Shown here one piece after another: positions 9,199 to 18,847 of a DNA stretch of 64,000 nt. This DNA is from an uncultured Bdellovibrionales bacterium (GTDB taxonomy: Bacteria; Bdellovibrionota; UBA1018; CAIPTA01), in contig CAZTCD010000002.1 in the NCBI GenBank assembly GCA_964612065.1, forward strand, positions 28,008 through 92,007, in the 5' to 3' direction. The notes under the pieces were generated by a model that ran no database searches, had not been told where the DNA came from, and saw only the letters and a program-made list of their open reading frames with translations. Position numbers and translations under genes: made by a program. Within the stretch, counting starts at the first letter, position 1. The number at the start of each line of letters is the position of its first letter.

Positions 9199-10413
9199 TT
9201 ACTGCAGGGCCACGCCGCGGATGGCCTGAATGGTCTTGGTTACCGCTTTGCTCTGCCCTCTCTTGCGGGAGTTGGAGCGGGCCAGGTGAACGCGGGCTTC
9301 TTCCCTGTCCTGCCGGTCAAGGGCGGCGAGGAGGCGGGAGTTCTTGCCTTCGCGGCGGGCGATTACCAGGCGCAGGGCTTTGTAGGCGTTGATCTTGCCG
9401 CCGCTCACCACCTTGCCTTCGAGAGAGGGGTATTTGTCCACCGACTTCATGATGATGTCGCGCACTTCCACAGGCTTGAGGCCGGGAATCTCCGAGAGAA
9501 TCAGGGCGGCGAGCCCGCTCACGAAAGCCGTGGCTTGCGAGGTGCCGGTGAGGTAGCCGTAGCGGCCCTTGGGAAGAGTGGACCAGATGTTCTCTCCGGG
9601 CGCGGCTACGTGCACGTGCTTCCGTCCCCAGTTGGACGAAGGCAGCAGCTCGTTCTTCTGGTTGGTTCCGGCTACCGCGATGATGTTCGAGAGGCCGTAG
9701 GCAGCAGGGAAGTAGGCATTTCCGGGCTTGTCGGTGTCCTGGTATTCGTTTCCGGCGGCGGCCACGAATACCACGCCCTTGGCCTCGGCGCGCTGAATGG
9801 CCTTCATTTCGGAAGCGGAAAACTCAGCTCCTCCGCCGGAATAATTGATCACGTTCGCGCCGTGGTCCACGGCGTAGTTGATCGCCTTCACGGTATTCAT
9901 GAGGTTCTTCGCGCCGGTGGCGGTGTCGGAATAGTAGCGAACGGCCATGATGCAGATATTGGGAGCCACACCCGAGGCGCCCGCATTGGTTTTTGCGGTG
10001 GCACCTAGGATGCCGGCCACATGGGAGCCGTGTCCGTGAGCGTCTACGGGGTTTCTCTTGTTGGTAACGAAGTCAAAACCGTATTCACCCTTTTCTCGGC
10101 AGATGTTGTCTTTCAGGTCGGGGTGGCTGGGATCGATTCCGGTATCAATCACGGCCACCACGATGCGCTTGGATCCTTTGGAGATCCTCCAGGCTTTGCG
10201 GGCGTTGATATGGGAATCGTTAGGGCCGCTTTCGAGGCCCCAGTTGCGCAAAGTAACTTGAGGCTTGGGGGCGCGACGCTTTTGGAGGTTCTTGGTGGTC
10301 TTGAGGTTGGGGATCAGGCCGAAAGCCTGATGATCAGCAGGCGCGAAGGCAAGGCAGCTAAAGGAGGCTGCCATGATTACGAAGAGTTTTGCCATCGAGC
10401 TGAGCTTACGCAT
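9199..10413 (-). CDS. Secreted subtilisin-like serine protease (peptidase S8)
   Basis: Catalytic triad motifs VAVIDTGID / HGSHVAGI / GTSQATAFVSG. Signal peptide MRKLSSMAKLFVIMAASFSCLAFA. Start chosen at the internal Met (the track ORF extends to 10473). Confidence 0.85.
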   Translation of the reverse strand: MRKLSSMAKLFVIMAASFSCLAFAPADHQAFGLIPNLKTTKNLQKRRAPKPQVTLRNWGLESGPNDSHINARKAWRISKGSKRIVVAVIDTGIDPSHPDLKDNICREKGEYGFDFVTNKRNPVDAHGHGSHVAGILGATAKTNAGASGVAPNICIMAVRYYSDTATGAKNLMNTVKAINYAVDHGANVINYSGGGAEFSASEMKAIQRAEAKGVVFVAAAGNEYQDTDKPGNAYFPAAYGLSNIIAVAGTNQKNELLPSSNWGRKHVHVAAPGENIWSTLPKGRYGYLTGTSQATAFVSGLAALILSEIPGLKPVEVRDIIMKSVDKYPSLEGKVVSGGKINAYKALRLVIARREGKNSRLLAALDRQDREEARVHLARSNSRKRGQSKAVTKTIQAIRGVALQ

Positions 10414-10583
10414 TGGGCTTAGGAGAGCAAGCAATATGCCATAGCCGCTCGGAGGGCAAAAAGAACTTAACATATTGATTTTATTTGGTTTTGATTTTGG
10501 GTGTGGTGGGGCGTGTATAGAAGAAAAACAGGGGGTGGTGACGAAGTTTTTAACATGCGTACATGGCCTGCCGATAGGCCCGC

Positions 10584-11483
10584 ATGGGGCACCTTTCCCT
10601 AACCCTTTTCTTGCTTTTTATGGCGTTTCTCGCCCGCCCTGCCGGGGCCGCCCCTGATTGGAACGGGGAGTGGCGTACCGTGCGCGAGCTGGCGGTTTTG
10701 TTGCGGAAGGTTCCCGAGGGCCGCCGGGTGCTGGAGCAAGCCGAGCGAAAAGACCCCAAGGTGCTGGAGCGGGTGCTTAGGGGAAACGCCAGTTTTACGG
10801 AAAGCACCTTCTCTCGAACCTACTCCCTGATCGACGGAAAAGAAGTGATCCAGCTGAAGCATGTGATCACCCTGAGCCGCCGCCTGAAGCTGGCCGATGC
10901 CGTGGTGGATCTGGCCCACGAGCTTTTGCACTTTACCGAAAAAGGAATGCTCGATCCTTACCGGCCAGGATTTGAGCTCGAGCAGTTCGTGCGAAAAGGG
11001 ATCGAGGGCGAGGGCGGCGAGCTGGCCGCCCTGGAAGTGGAATGCAAAGTGGCCTGGCAGCTGGAGCGAAGCGGGAACGGTTTTCCACGCCACCGGCTAT
11101 GCGTGCGCTACCGGCAAAAAGAAGATCGGTTTAATCGGAAAATGGCGAGGTTGGATTATTACTCCGTAGGCACCTGGTACCAGGACCTGACTCCTGAGTT
11201 GAAGCAAGTGATGCCTGAGTTGAGCGATGGAGCGGTGACCTTTACCTCCAGTTATGCGGCAAAGCCTTACCCGGTAGCGTTAGCGGAAGAATATGCGATG
11301 ACGCGACGCATGGCCTGCCGAAACAATAGGCGAAAGTATCGACTCATTGCAGCGCAGTCGGATGGTGGGAGAGGGCCTGCTTCGGCGGAACTGATGCGGG
11401 AGCGAATGAGGCTGCGGGCCTATGAGCGATTGTACTGCGAGTCGGTGAAGCCTGAGGAAACGGAAGCTGAAGTAGAAGATTAA
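10584..11483 (+). CDS. Secreted hypothetical protein with HExxH motif (candidate zinc metallohydrolase)
   Basis: Signal peptide MGHLSLTLFLLFMAFLARPAGA. Motif AHELLHF. No family recognised. Confidence 0.5.
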   Translation: MGHLSLTLFLLFMAFLARPAGAAPDWNGEWRTVRELAVLLRKVPEGRRVLEQAERKDPKVLERVLRGNASFTESTFSRTYSLIDGKEVIQLKHVITLSRRLKLADAVVDLAHELLHFTEKGMLDPYRPGFELEQFVRKGIEGEGGELAALEVECKVAWQLERSGNGFPRHRLCVRYRQKEDRFNRKMARLDYYSVGTWYQDLTPELKQVMPELSDGAVTFTSSYAAKPYPVALAEEYAMTRRMACRNNRRKYRLIAAQSDGGRGPASAELMRERMRLRAYERLYCESVKPEETEAEVED

Positions 11484-11537
11484 GTGCGGCTTCCGGTCCT
11501 GGAAAAAGCTTACAACCTCGCCCAAACCTCTTCTTAT

Positions 11538-11561
11538 TTGCGATAATTTTACTTATCGTAA
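11538..11561. promoter_or_regulatory. Imperfect inverted repeat TTGCGATAA-N6-TTATCGTAA abutting the recombinase start codon
   Basis: Read directly: 8 of 9 positions are complementary, with a 6-nt spacer ending 1 nt before ATG 11562. It could be an operator or recombinase binding site. Confidence 0.3.
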
Positions 11562-12692
11562 ATGTATATGAGGTTTTTGGGCTTATTTTCGTTTTTAAAG
11601 GGGTGGTCCACCCTCCTTCGAGCGATTTTCAAAAGGGTGCGTAGGGGGGCCTTAACCAAATCGGCACAGCCGATCCTGGAGCCTCGACTTCCCCCTGAAC
11701 CATTGGATGAGCCTCAAGGGCTGGTTGAGGGGCCCGAAGATCCCTTGGAAGCATTGGATGTAGAACCCTGGCTAAAGGGCGAAATTATCCAGGAAATCCA
11801 GAGATTCGTTCAGGGCCAGCGTTCCGATCACACCAAGCGCGCCTATGAGGGGGATTTGAAGCAGTTTCTGGGCTATTTGCGGGCGGAGAGAGCCTCGGGA
11901 GAGAGCTTTGACACACTTTTGGCCTATCGAGAGTGGCTGGTGCGCCCCGAGCACGATGGGGGCGCTGGCCTGAGCCGGGTTTCCGCCAATCGCAAATTCG
12001 CCACCATACGAGCCTTCCTGGTGTGGCTGCAGAGCCGAGGGAAGGTGCGGGAGAACCCCTCTCTTTGGATCAAAAACTTCCGGGCCAAAACCGAGAGCCC
12101 CACCCAGGCCTTCAGTGATCGGGAAGTGGCTCATATTCTCGAGATGCCTAACCGGGCTTCTAGCTCGGGCCTGATGCATGCGGTGATCCTTCACCTGCTA
12201 TTTTACCTGGGTCTCAGAAGAGGGGAGCTGGTGGCCCTCCGCGGCCTGCATGTGGGATTTGGCAGGATAGGCGAGCATACGATCATGACTCTCCGGGTGC
12301 CGGGAAAGGGCGATAAAGAGAGGATTCTGCCGCTTCCCGCGAAAACCCAGGCGGTGCTGGAAAAATACCTCCAAAAGAGAGGAATCAAGCCGGGAGGGGA
12401 GGAGTACCTTTTCGCTCCCGTGCGCAACAACGTTACCCGGGTGAAAGCCAAGCCGATCGACGGGCAAGCCGTTTACTATATCGTGAAGAAGTATGCGGCC
12501 CTGGCGGGCGTGGAGCGCCGGGTGAGCCCTCACTCCTGCCGTGCTACAGCCATTTCCAATGCTCTCGACCATGCCGCCAGCCACCGGTCGGTGCAGCAGA
12601 TGGCTGGTTGGAGCTCGCCCCTGATGATCGAGAAATACGATAAACGCCGCACGGCCCTTTCGGATTCTGCCGTGCATTCCGTGGACTACTGA
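11562..12692 (+). CDS. Tyrosine recombinase (phage-integrase family, Xer-like) with N-terminal extension
   Basis: N-terminal core-binding SAM-like domain (KRAYEGDLKQFLGYL...LLAYREWL). C-terminal catalytic domain (HSCRATAISNAL...HRSVQQMAGWSSPLMIEKY, with the nucleophile Tyr). About 70 extra N-terminal residues, so the true start may be downstream. Confidence 0.8.
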   Translation: MYMRFLGLFSFLKGWSTLLRAIFKRVRRGALTKSAQPILEPRLPPEPLDEPQGLVEGPEDPLEALDVEPWLKGEIIQEIQRFVQGQRSDHTKRAYEGDLKQFLGYLRAERASGESFDTLLAYREWLVRPEHDGGAGLSRVSANRKFATIRAFLVWLQSRGKVRENPSLWIKNFRAKTESPTQAFSDREVAHILEMPNRASSSGLMHAVILHLLFYLGLRRGELVALRGLHVGFGRIGEHTIMTLRVPGKGDKERILPLPAKTQAVLEKYLQKRGIKPGGEEYLFAPVRNNVTRVKAKPIDGQAVYYIVKKYAALAGVERRVSPHSCRATAISNALDHAASHRSVQQMAGWSSPLMIEKYDKRRTALSDSAVHSVDY

Positions 12693-12802
12693 TCTCAATG
12701 AGTTAAGAGGGCTCTCATCAGGGGAAAACTGGCGATTTTCTGGGCGGTAGTGCTGGTCTTAGCCGCGTTGCGCGATGGGTCAAAATATGAGATTTTTTAA
12801 TC

Positions 12803-13468
12803 ATGAATCTTGTTCTTTATAGTGGCGGTTTTGGAAGAGAGAATCGAGCCCTAGCCAAAGAGGTAGACGAGCTCCTCCGCAAAAAGCGGCAGCCTGTGGT
12901 TACCTTCGTGCCCACCTGTTCTGAGGATGCCGAGCCCGATTTTCGCGACTGCAAGCGCCAGCTCGCAGGGGCCCGGGTAAAGAAATTTCATTGTATTCCT
13001 ATCGACCGCCCCCTTACCGAGGAGGAGGAAGAAACGCTCTTTTCCTCCGACGGGATTTTCCTCGGGGGCGGCAATACGTTCTATCTGCTGAAATCGATCC
13101 GCGACCGCCGCCTTCTCGAAAAATTCCGCGCCTTCGTGATGAGAGGTGGCGTTTTGATGGGGCTTTCCGCGGGCAGCATCGTGCTCACCCCCAATGTGAC
13201 CACAGCTTCTGTACCCAGGCTCGAGGCAGACGATAACGACGTAGGAATCACGAACTTCAAGGCTCTTGGGGTAGTGCCTTTCGAGTTTTCCCCTCATTAC
13301 GAAGGGGGCAAAAGAGTGGACGCAGAGCTTCTCGAATATTCGCGCACCATGAAGCGCCCTATCTACGCCTGCGCCGACGGCCAGGGCATCGTGGTGCGGG
13401 ATGGCGGAATCCATTTCGTGGGCCGGGTCACCGTTTTCCTGCGTGGCCAGAAATACTCCCTCCAATAG
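12803..13468 (+). CDS. Peptidase E-like (S51 family, dipeptidase E/cyanophycinase-like)
   Basis: LYSGGFG...FLGGGNTFYLLKSI...GLSAGSIVL matches the S51 Ser-nucleophile region. About 220 aa. Confidence 0.7.
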   Translation: MNLVLYSGGFGRENRALAKEVDELLRKKRQPVVTFVPTCSEDAEPDFRDCKRQLAGARVKKFHCIPIDRPLTEEEEETLFSSDGIFLGGGNTFYLLKSIRDRRLLEKFRAFVMRGGVLMGLSAGSIVLTPNVTTASVPRLEADDNDVGITNFKALGVVPFEFSPHYEGGKRVDAELLEYSRTMKRPIYACADGQGIVVRDGGIHFVGRVTVFLRGQKYSLQ

Positions 13469-13579
13469 CCAAAGCTGCCGCAGAAATCCCTGAGACGCCT
13501 CTAAAGCGCGTTTCCGCGCGCCTCTGCGGCTTACACCTGGCTTCAACTTGGGGTAGAGTGGATCCTCCAAGGGGTTCTA

Positions 13580-16213
13580 ATGAAAAGCACGTCTCCGCAA
13601 ACCGTTCGTCTTCAGGATTACAAGGCTCCCTCCTACTGGGTTTCCACCATCGATCTCACCTTCGAGCTGGGGGATGAATTTACCGAGGTCACGGCACGCA
13701 CCAACCTGCATCGGAATCCGGATGGTCCCGGAGGCCCCATTTTTCTCGATGGCCGTAAAATGGAGCTGCGCTCGGTTAGCCTGAACGGTAAGCGCCTTTC
13801 CGCCTCCGAATACTCCTTGGGCGAGGAAAACCTTTCGATCCCCAATCCCCCTTCAGGAGAGCTGAATCTCGAGATCGTAACCAGGATCAAGCCCCAGGAA
13901 AATCTCACGCTGGAAGGCCTTTACAAGAGCCAGGGGATGTTCTGTACGCAGTGTGAGGCCCAGGGTTTCCGCACCATCACCTATTATCCCGATCGTCCCG
14001 ATGTGATGGCGATCTATACCACCACCATCATCGCCGATAAGGCCCGTTACCCGGTGCTGCTTTCGAACGGAAACCTGATTGAGAAGCAGGATCTTGAAGG
14101 CGGCCGCCATATGGCCAAGTGGAACGATCCCCACAAGAAGCCTTCCTACCTTTACGCTCTCGTGGCCGGCGATCTTGGCGTGACCACGGATCATTACACC
14201 ACGCGCTCCGGCCGCCGGGTGAAGCTTGAGATCTACACCGATAAAGGCAATGAGAGCCGCACTGCCCATGCCATGACCTCTCTCAAGAAGAGCATGAAGT
14301 GGGATGAGGACACCTTCGGCCTGGAATACGACCTGGATATTTTCATGATCGTGGCCGTGGACGATTTCAACTTCGGTGCGATGGAGAACAAGGGCCTCAA
14401 TATCTTCAACTCCAGCTATGTGCTTGCCGATGCCGCTACCGCCACCGATGCCGATTACGAGAATATCGAAGGCGTGGTGGCCCACGAATATTTCCATAAC
14501 TGGACCGGCAACCGCGTTACCTGCCGGGATTGGTTCCAGCTTTCTCTCAAGGAGGGCCTCACGGTTTTCCGCGATCAGGAATTCAGCTCCGATATGGGCT
14601 CGCGCGCCGTGTGCCGGATCGATAACGTGAACCGCCTCAGGATGTTCCAGTTCGCCGAGGACGCCGGCCCCATGGCTCACCCGATACGGCCCTCGAGCTA
14701 TATCGAGATCAATAACTTCTATACGGCCACGGTATATGAAAAAGGGGCCGAAGTGATCCGGATGATCGCCACGATCCTCGGGCCCGCCGGGTTCCGCCGC
14801 GGGATGGACAAATATTTCGAGCTCTTCGACGGCCAGGCCGTGACTACGGAGGATTTCGTGCGCGCCATGGAGCTGGCGAACAAGATCGATCTCCGCCAGT
14901 TCCGCGAAACCTGGTACGAGCAATCCGGCACCCCGGAGGTGGCTGTTTCCGGCCTTTGGGATGAAAAGGCCGGCAAATATGTTCTTTCAGTGAAGCAGTC
15001 CTGCCCGGCCACGCCAGGGCAGCCCGCGCTCGGTTCCGGGGCGGCCGGCGCCAAACAGGCCTTCCATATTCCGCTCGATGTGGCGCTGCTTGATTCTGAA
15101 ACCGGAAAGCCACTGGCCCGGCAGCTTCTGCAGGTGAGAAAAGAGAGCGAGGATTTTTCCTTTGAGGCTCCCACCAAGCCCGTGCCCTCGCTGCTTCGTA
15201 ATTTTTCGGCTCCCGTGAAGCTGAAATTCGATTATTCCCAGCAGGATCTGCTCTTTTTGCTCGGCAAGGATTCGGATCCGTTTGCCCGTTGGGAAGCGGG
15301 GCAGACCCTCGCTCTGGAAACGATGAGGGAGCTGATCGGCAAACACGCCGCTGGCAAAGAGCTTTCGGTGGAAGAGGAATACCTCGAAATCCTGGGGAAG
15401 CTGGCCACCGACGTTACGGCAGACGCCGCATTTCGCGCCCAGGTGCTCGATTTGCCCGAAGAGGGCTATGTAGGCATGCAGCAGGATACCATTCTTGTGG
15501 ATTCCGTCTATGCGGCCAGGGAATTTCTTCTGGACCGGATCGCTTCCCACAACGAGGATCGCTTCCTCGAGATCTTCCGTGGCCTGACGTCGGACGAGGC
15601 CTACCGTTTTGACTCCCACCAGGTAGGCAAGCGGGCCCTCAAGAAGAAGGTGCTTCATTACCTTACCCGTACAGGCAAGAAGGAGTATCTGGGCGAAGCT
15701 CTGCGGCTCCTGAAGAGCGCAAATAATATGACGGATGAGATTTCCGGCCTGAGCGCTCTCGTGAACCGGGATTGCGGAGAAAGAGAAGAGGCCCTTCATC
15801 ATTTCTATCAGAAGTGGAGCAAAGAGGCCCTAGTGATGAACAAATGGCTGTCGATGCAGGCCATCTCCGGGCTGCCCGGAGGCCTCGATAGGGTGAAGCG
15901 GATCATGAACGATCCCGTGTTCAACATTAACAACCCCAACAAAGTGGCCTCACTTCTTCTCACCTTCGGCAAATTCAACGTAAGGCAGTTCCATGCGCTG
16001 GATGGCGCAGCCTACAAGTTTTTTGCCGATCTGGTGCTGGATATCGATACCAGGAATCCGAGCCTCGCGGCGCGCACGGTTTCGCTCTTCAATCAGTGGA
16101 AGAGGTTCGATAAAGAGCGGCAGGCCCTGATGCGGGCGGAGCTGGATCGAATCGTAGGCAAGGCGGGAATTTCGGCTGGTGTATTCGAGATTGCCAGCAA
16201 GGCGATTTCCTAG
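13580..16213 (+). CDS. pepN: Aminopeptidase N (M1 family)
   Basis: GAMENKGLNIF and the HEYFHNWTGNRVT zinc-binding HExxH-x18-E. At 877 aa it is collinear with PepN. Confidence 0.9.
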   Translation: MKSTSPQTVRLQDYKAPSYWVSTIDLTFELGDEFTEVTARTNLHRNPDGPGGPIFLDGRKMELRSVSLNGKRLSASEYSLGEENLSIPNPPSGELNLEIVTRIKPQENLTLEGLYKSQGMFCTQCEAQGFRTITYYPDRPDVMAIYTTTIIADKARYPVLLSNGNLIEKQDLEGGRHMAKWNDPHKKPSYLYALVAGDLGVTTDHYTTRSGRRVKLEIYTDKGNESRTAHAMTSLKKSMKWDEDTFGLEYDLDIFMIVAVDDFNFGAMENKGLNIFNSSYVLADAATATDADYENIEGVVAHEYFHNWTGNRVTCRDWFQLSLKEGLTVFRDQEFSSDMGSRAVCRIDNVNRLRMFQFAEDAGPMAHPIRPSSYIEINNFYTATVYEKGAEVIRMIATILGPAGFRRGMDKYFELFDGQAVTTEDFVRAMELANKIDLRQFRETWYEQSGTPEVAVSGLWDEKAGKYVLSVKQSCPATPGQPALGSGAAGAKQAFHIPLDVALLDSETGKPLARQLLQVRKESEDFSFEAPTKPVPSLLRNFSAPVKLKFDYSQQDLLFLLGKDSDPFARWEAGQTLALETMRELIGKHAAGKELSVEEEYLEILGKLATDVTADAAFRAQVLDLPEEGYVGMQQDTILVDSVYAAREFLLDRIASHNEDRFLEIFRGLTSDEAYRFDSHQVGKRALKKKVLHYLTRTGKKEYLGEALRLLKSANNMTDEISGLSALVNRDCGEREEALHHFYQKWSKEALVMNKWLSMQAISGLPGGLDRVKRIMNDPVFNINNPNKVASLLLTFGKFNVRQFHALDGAAYKFFADLVLDIDTRNPSLAARTVSLFNQWKRFDKERQALMRAELDRIVGKAGISAGVFEIASKAIS

Positions 16214-16228
16214 ATAAAATTCAGGGTA

Positions 16229-17272
16229 ATGCGCCCGCTTTCCCTGATAGCCGTTTTTTTTGGTTTGCCGCTGGCTGCTTGCTCCACCACGAACGTGGAT
16301 CTCGACCGCACCACGCTTAATGTGCCCATGGCGGTAAGAACCAAAGTCACTTTCGAGCCGCTCAGCCGCGATAAGGCCGCCAGGTATCTCGAGGCGGAAC
16401 GGCATACTTTCAAGGTGAATACCGATCCGTTGCGGGAGCGTGCCGAAGGCCTCAAGGCAGGCCGCAAAGAGCGGTATTCCGAAGTGGAAAGGGAATTCCC
16501 TGAATGTTCCAAGCAGCGGCATTGCACTTCGCAGCTTTCGCGGGGCGCGGTGGAGCGCTTCGAGCGATATAACGATCTTTCCAAGGAGATCCTCGAATAC
16601 GACCGCCGTATCGTGGAGATTGAGGCTGCGATCAAAGAATGGGAGCGGCGGCTTGAGCTGCGATCCCGTGCCATCATCAATCGTTTCATCGTGCACGAAA
16701 CCCTGCAGATCGCGAAAACCGAAAATCGTTTCCAGAGCATTCTGGTGTGGTCGCTCGAGAGCTTTGATAACCGCCGGCAGCTTTCCTATCACTTGTTCCG
16801 TTATACCGGTGCGGATATGGTTCCTTTGGTGCTCGGGGATCTCGATTTCCGTATGCTCGGCCTGCCTGTAGACGAAGCCGCCGTGCTCGCCACCTTCGAT
16901 GTTTATCTGATGCCGCTTTATAACGAGCCGCTTTCGCCCACACGCTACGTGGTTACGATGCTGGTGAATACCCACCAGACCGATCTCCGGTATTTCGACA
17001 AGGATTTCATGAACGAGTGGGGGAAGAAGCTTTCGGAGCCCTTTCAGGAGGCTCTCCGCGAGGAGGTGTTCTGCGGCCTCTATACGATATCCAGCGAGAC
17101 ACTTGTATCACGGCTCGACCAAAACCGGGCCCGCAGGATCAAGTGCGGTGATAAACGTAATTTATTTCAGGCCAAGCAGGCGGGAAAATTTTCTGATCGC
17201 TTCGACCCCGGCCACTGGATGCTACCGCTCGCGTACTATCCCATGGCCCGCCCGATTACGGGGGGCTACTGA
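16229..17272 (+). CDS. Lipoprotein, hypothetical
   Basis: MRPLSLIAVFFGLPLAACS lipobox. No recognisable domain. Confidence 0.5.
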   Translation: MRPLSLIAVFFGLPLAACSTTNVDLDRTTLNVPMAVRTKVTFEPLSRDKAARYLEAERHTFKVNTDPLRERAEGLKAGRKERYSEVEREFPECSKQRHCTSQLSRGAVERFERYNDLSKEILEYDRRIVEIEAAIKEWERRLELRSRAIINRFIVHETLQIAKTENRFQSILVWSLESFDNRRQLSYHLFRYTGADMVPLVLGDLDFRMLGLPVDEAAVLATFDVYLMPLYNEPLSPTRYVVTMLVNTHQTDLRYFDKDFMNEWGKKLSEPFQEALREEVFCGLYTISSETLVSRLDQNRARRIKCGDKRNLFQAKQAGKFSDRFDPGHWMLPLAYYPMARPITGGY

Positions 17273-18847
17273 TCCTTCCACGTAAAGCAGGGCCGGGGCG
17301 ATATCCTTGACAAGATGAGGAATGCGAGGCGAGGGGCGAAGCGGTGCCGGCGGCACTTCGTCTCCGAATTCCCCGTTTTTGCCGCGGTTGAAAATAAAGA
17401 TCCGGCAGGGGTAGGGCTTGAGCTCCGTTCTGAGTTCGTTCCAATCAATATAGAGCCCCGAGAAGGTGCGAAAATGGTCGCCGGCGGGGAAAAAATACTG
17501 AGGGTACAATGCGTGCAAGCGTTTGCTGAAATAGTTGTCGGTGGCCATGTGGCCCGCAAAAAGGGCAAAGGGCTTCTCCGCCGAGGCATCCATGAACACG
17601 TAGGCGCAGTCGGGATATTCCTCTTTCAAAATGTTGCCCAGAGCCCTGATCTCAAGGGAAAAATTGCTGGATCCGAGCGCCAGGAGCGGCAGATACGAGG
17701 GAATGCTGGTCGTGAGCATTACCAGGGTGGCGATCCACGGAAGCGGGCGAACCCATATCGGGCTTAAGCTGTTTTTCACCAGGAGCAGGCCTACGGGGGC
17801 CATGGCGGGAAACAGATAACGCTCTACCGCGAAATGCTTGGAAGCGAGAGCGAATACGAAAATGATCGAGAGCACTTCAGGTGTGATGCTGATGACACCT
17901 CTGGCCTGTTCCCGCCAGGTTTTCCGGAGCGGCAAGGTGAAAGACAACGTAAGTGAGAAGAGAAGCGCTGCAAACACCCATCGCAATTCAGCGGAAAAGA
18001 TCAGGTTGGCGTTCGCGAGCCATTCGTTGAGAGGAGGAATGCCTTTGGGGCCAATGCCGTACATGCCCTGATGGGTAAGCAGCCTTGCAATCCAATCATA
18101 GATCCGCGAATAAGCCGGCCAGCTTACCGCCGTGATATTCAAAAAGATAAAAGCCGCCGCTCCGGTAGCGATCAGCCACTGTCTGGGGCGAGGAAGGCAG
18201 AGCAAGAGAATCGCCAGCGGGAAAGCGTAAACTTTCAGGCTCACCAGCAGGCCTATAAGCATGCCTGCCGCTATCACCTGGCCCTGCCAAAGAGCAGGTA
18301 CCAACAGGAGGCAAAAGGCGGCGATCCAGGTTTCCGGGCTGCACTTCTCGAGATAGAAAAAAAAGTCGTGGAAAAGAAAAGGCGTGGCTTGAACCGCCAG
18401 CACGCTCATCCAGCCCAGGCCGGATCGCAGAAGCCTCCAGCCGCAATACCATTGGCAAAGCAGGAAAACGCCGAAAGTAAGCAGGATCATGTCCAAATGA
18501 TAGGGGATCGGGTTTCGGAAAAAATCGGCAGTCACATTCGCTTCCGTGCCGAAAAACAGGAATCGAAGCCACATCACAAGAGCACCCATGAGCTGCACGG
18601 GTGTGCCCGGGTGATCGATATGCCAGGGCGTGTTTCCTTCGAGGATCATCAGGGAGTTCATGAGATAGCCGAAGTCCGGGTCACCGAAGGAATAGATGTA
18701 CTGGAAGTCGGCCTGGGAAAGCACCACGAGGTAAAAGGCGTAAAAGGAAAGAAGCGGAACCAAAAGAGCCTTCAGGCCCTGGGAAACGGGATGATCACGC
18801 AGTGTCGGATAAGATATATTATGTTTTTTATATATCTTGGATATCAA
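17222..18847 (-). CDS. Polytopic membrane protein, GT-C-type glycosyltransferase-like (ArnT/PMT-like topology)
   Basis: About 12 TM helices followed by a ~200-aa soluble C-terminal domain. Operonic with a DedA gene. Assignment is by architecture only. Confidence 0.5.
   Translation of the reverse strand: MISKIYKKHNISYPTLRDHPVSQGLKALLVPLLSFYAFYLVVLSQADFQYIYSFGDPDFGYLMNSLMILEGNTPWHIDHPGTPVQLMGALVMWLRFLFFGTEANVTADFFRNPIPYHLDMILLTFGVFLLCQWYCGWRLLRSGLGWMSVLAVQATPFLFHDFFFYLEKCSPETWIAAFCLLLVPALWQGQVIAAGMLIGLLVSLKVYAFPLAILLLCLPRPRQWLIATGAAAFIFLNITAVSWPAYSRIYDWIARLLTHQGMYGIGPKGIPPLNEWLANANLIFSAELRWVFAALLFSLTLSFTLPLRKTWREQARGVISITPEVLSIIFVFALASKHFAVERYLFPAMAPVGLLLVKNSLSPIWVRPLPWIATLVMLTTSIPSYLPLLALGSSNFSLEIRALGNILKEEYPDCAYVFMDASAEKPFALFAGHMATDNYFSKRLHALYPQYFFPAGDHFRTFSGLYIDWNELRTELKPYPCRIFIFNRGKNGEFGDEVPPAPLRPSPRIPHLVKDIAPALLYVEGSVAPRNRAGHGIVRER

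Noticed and set aside
11562-12692. Tyrosine recombinase as marker of a prophage or integrative island
   Set aside because: No flanking tRNA, att-like direct repeats, phage structural genes or compositional shift. The neighbours are housekeeping proteases.
13469-13579. GCGCG-TTTC-CGCGC hairpin after pepE as a terminator
   Set aside because: The stem is short and is not followed by a U-tract. At best it is a weak attenuator.
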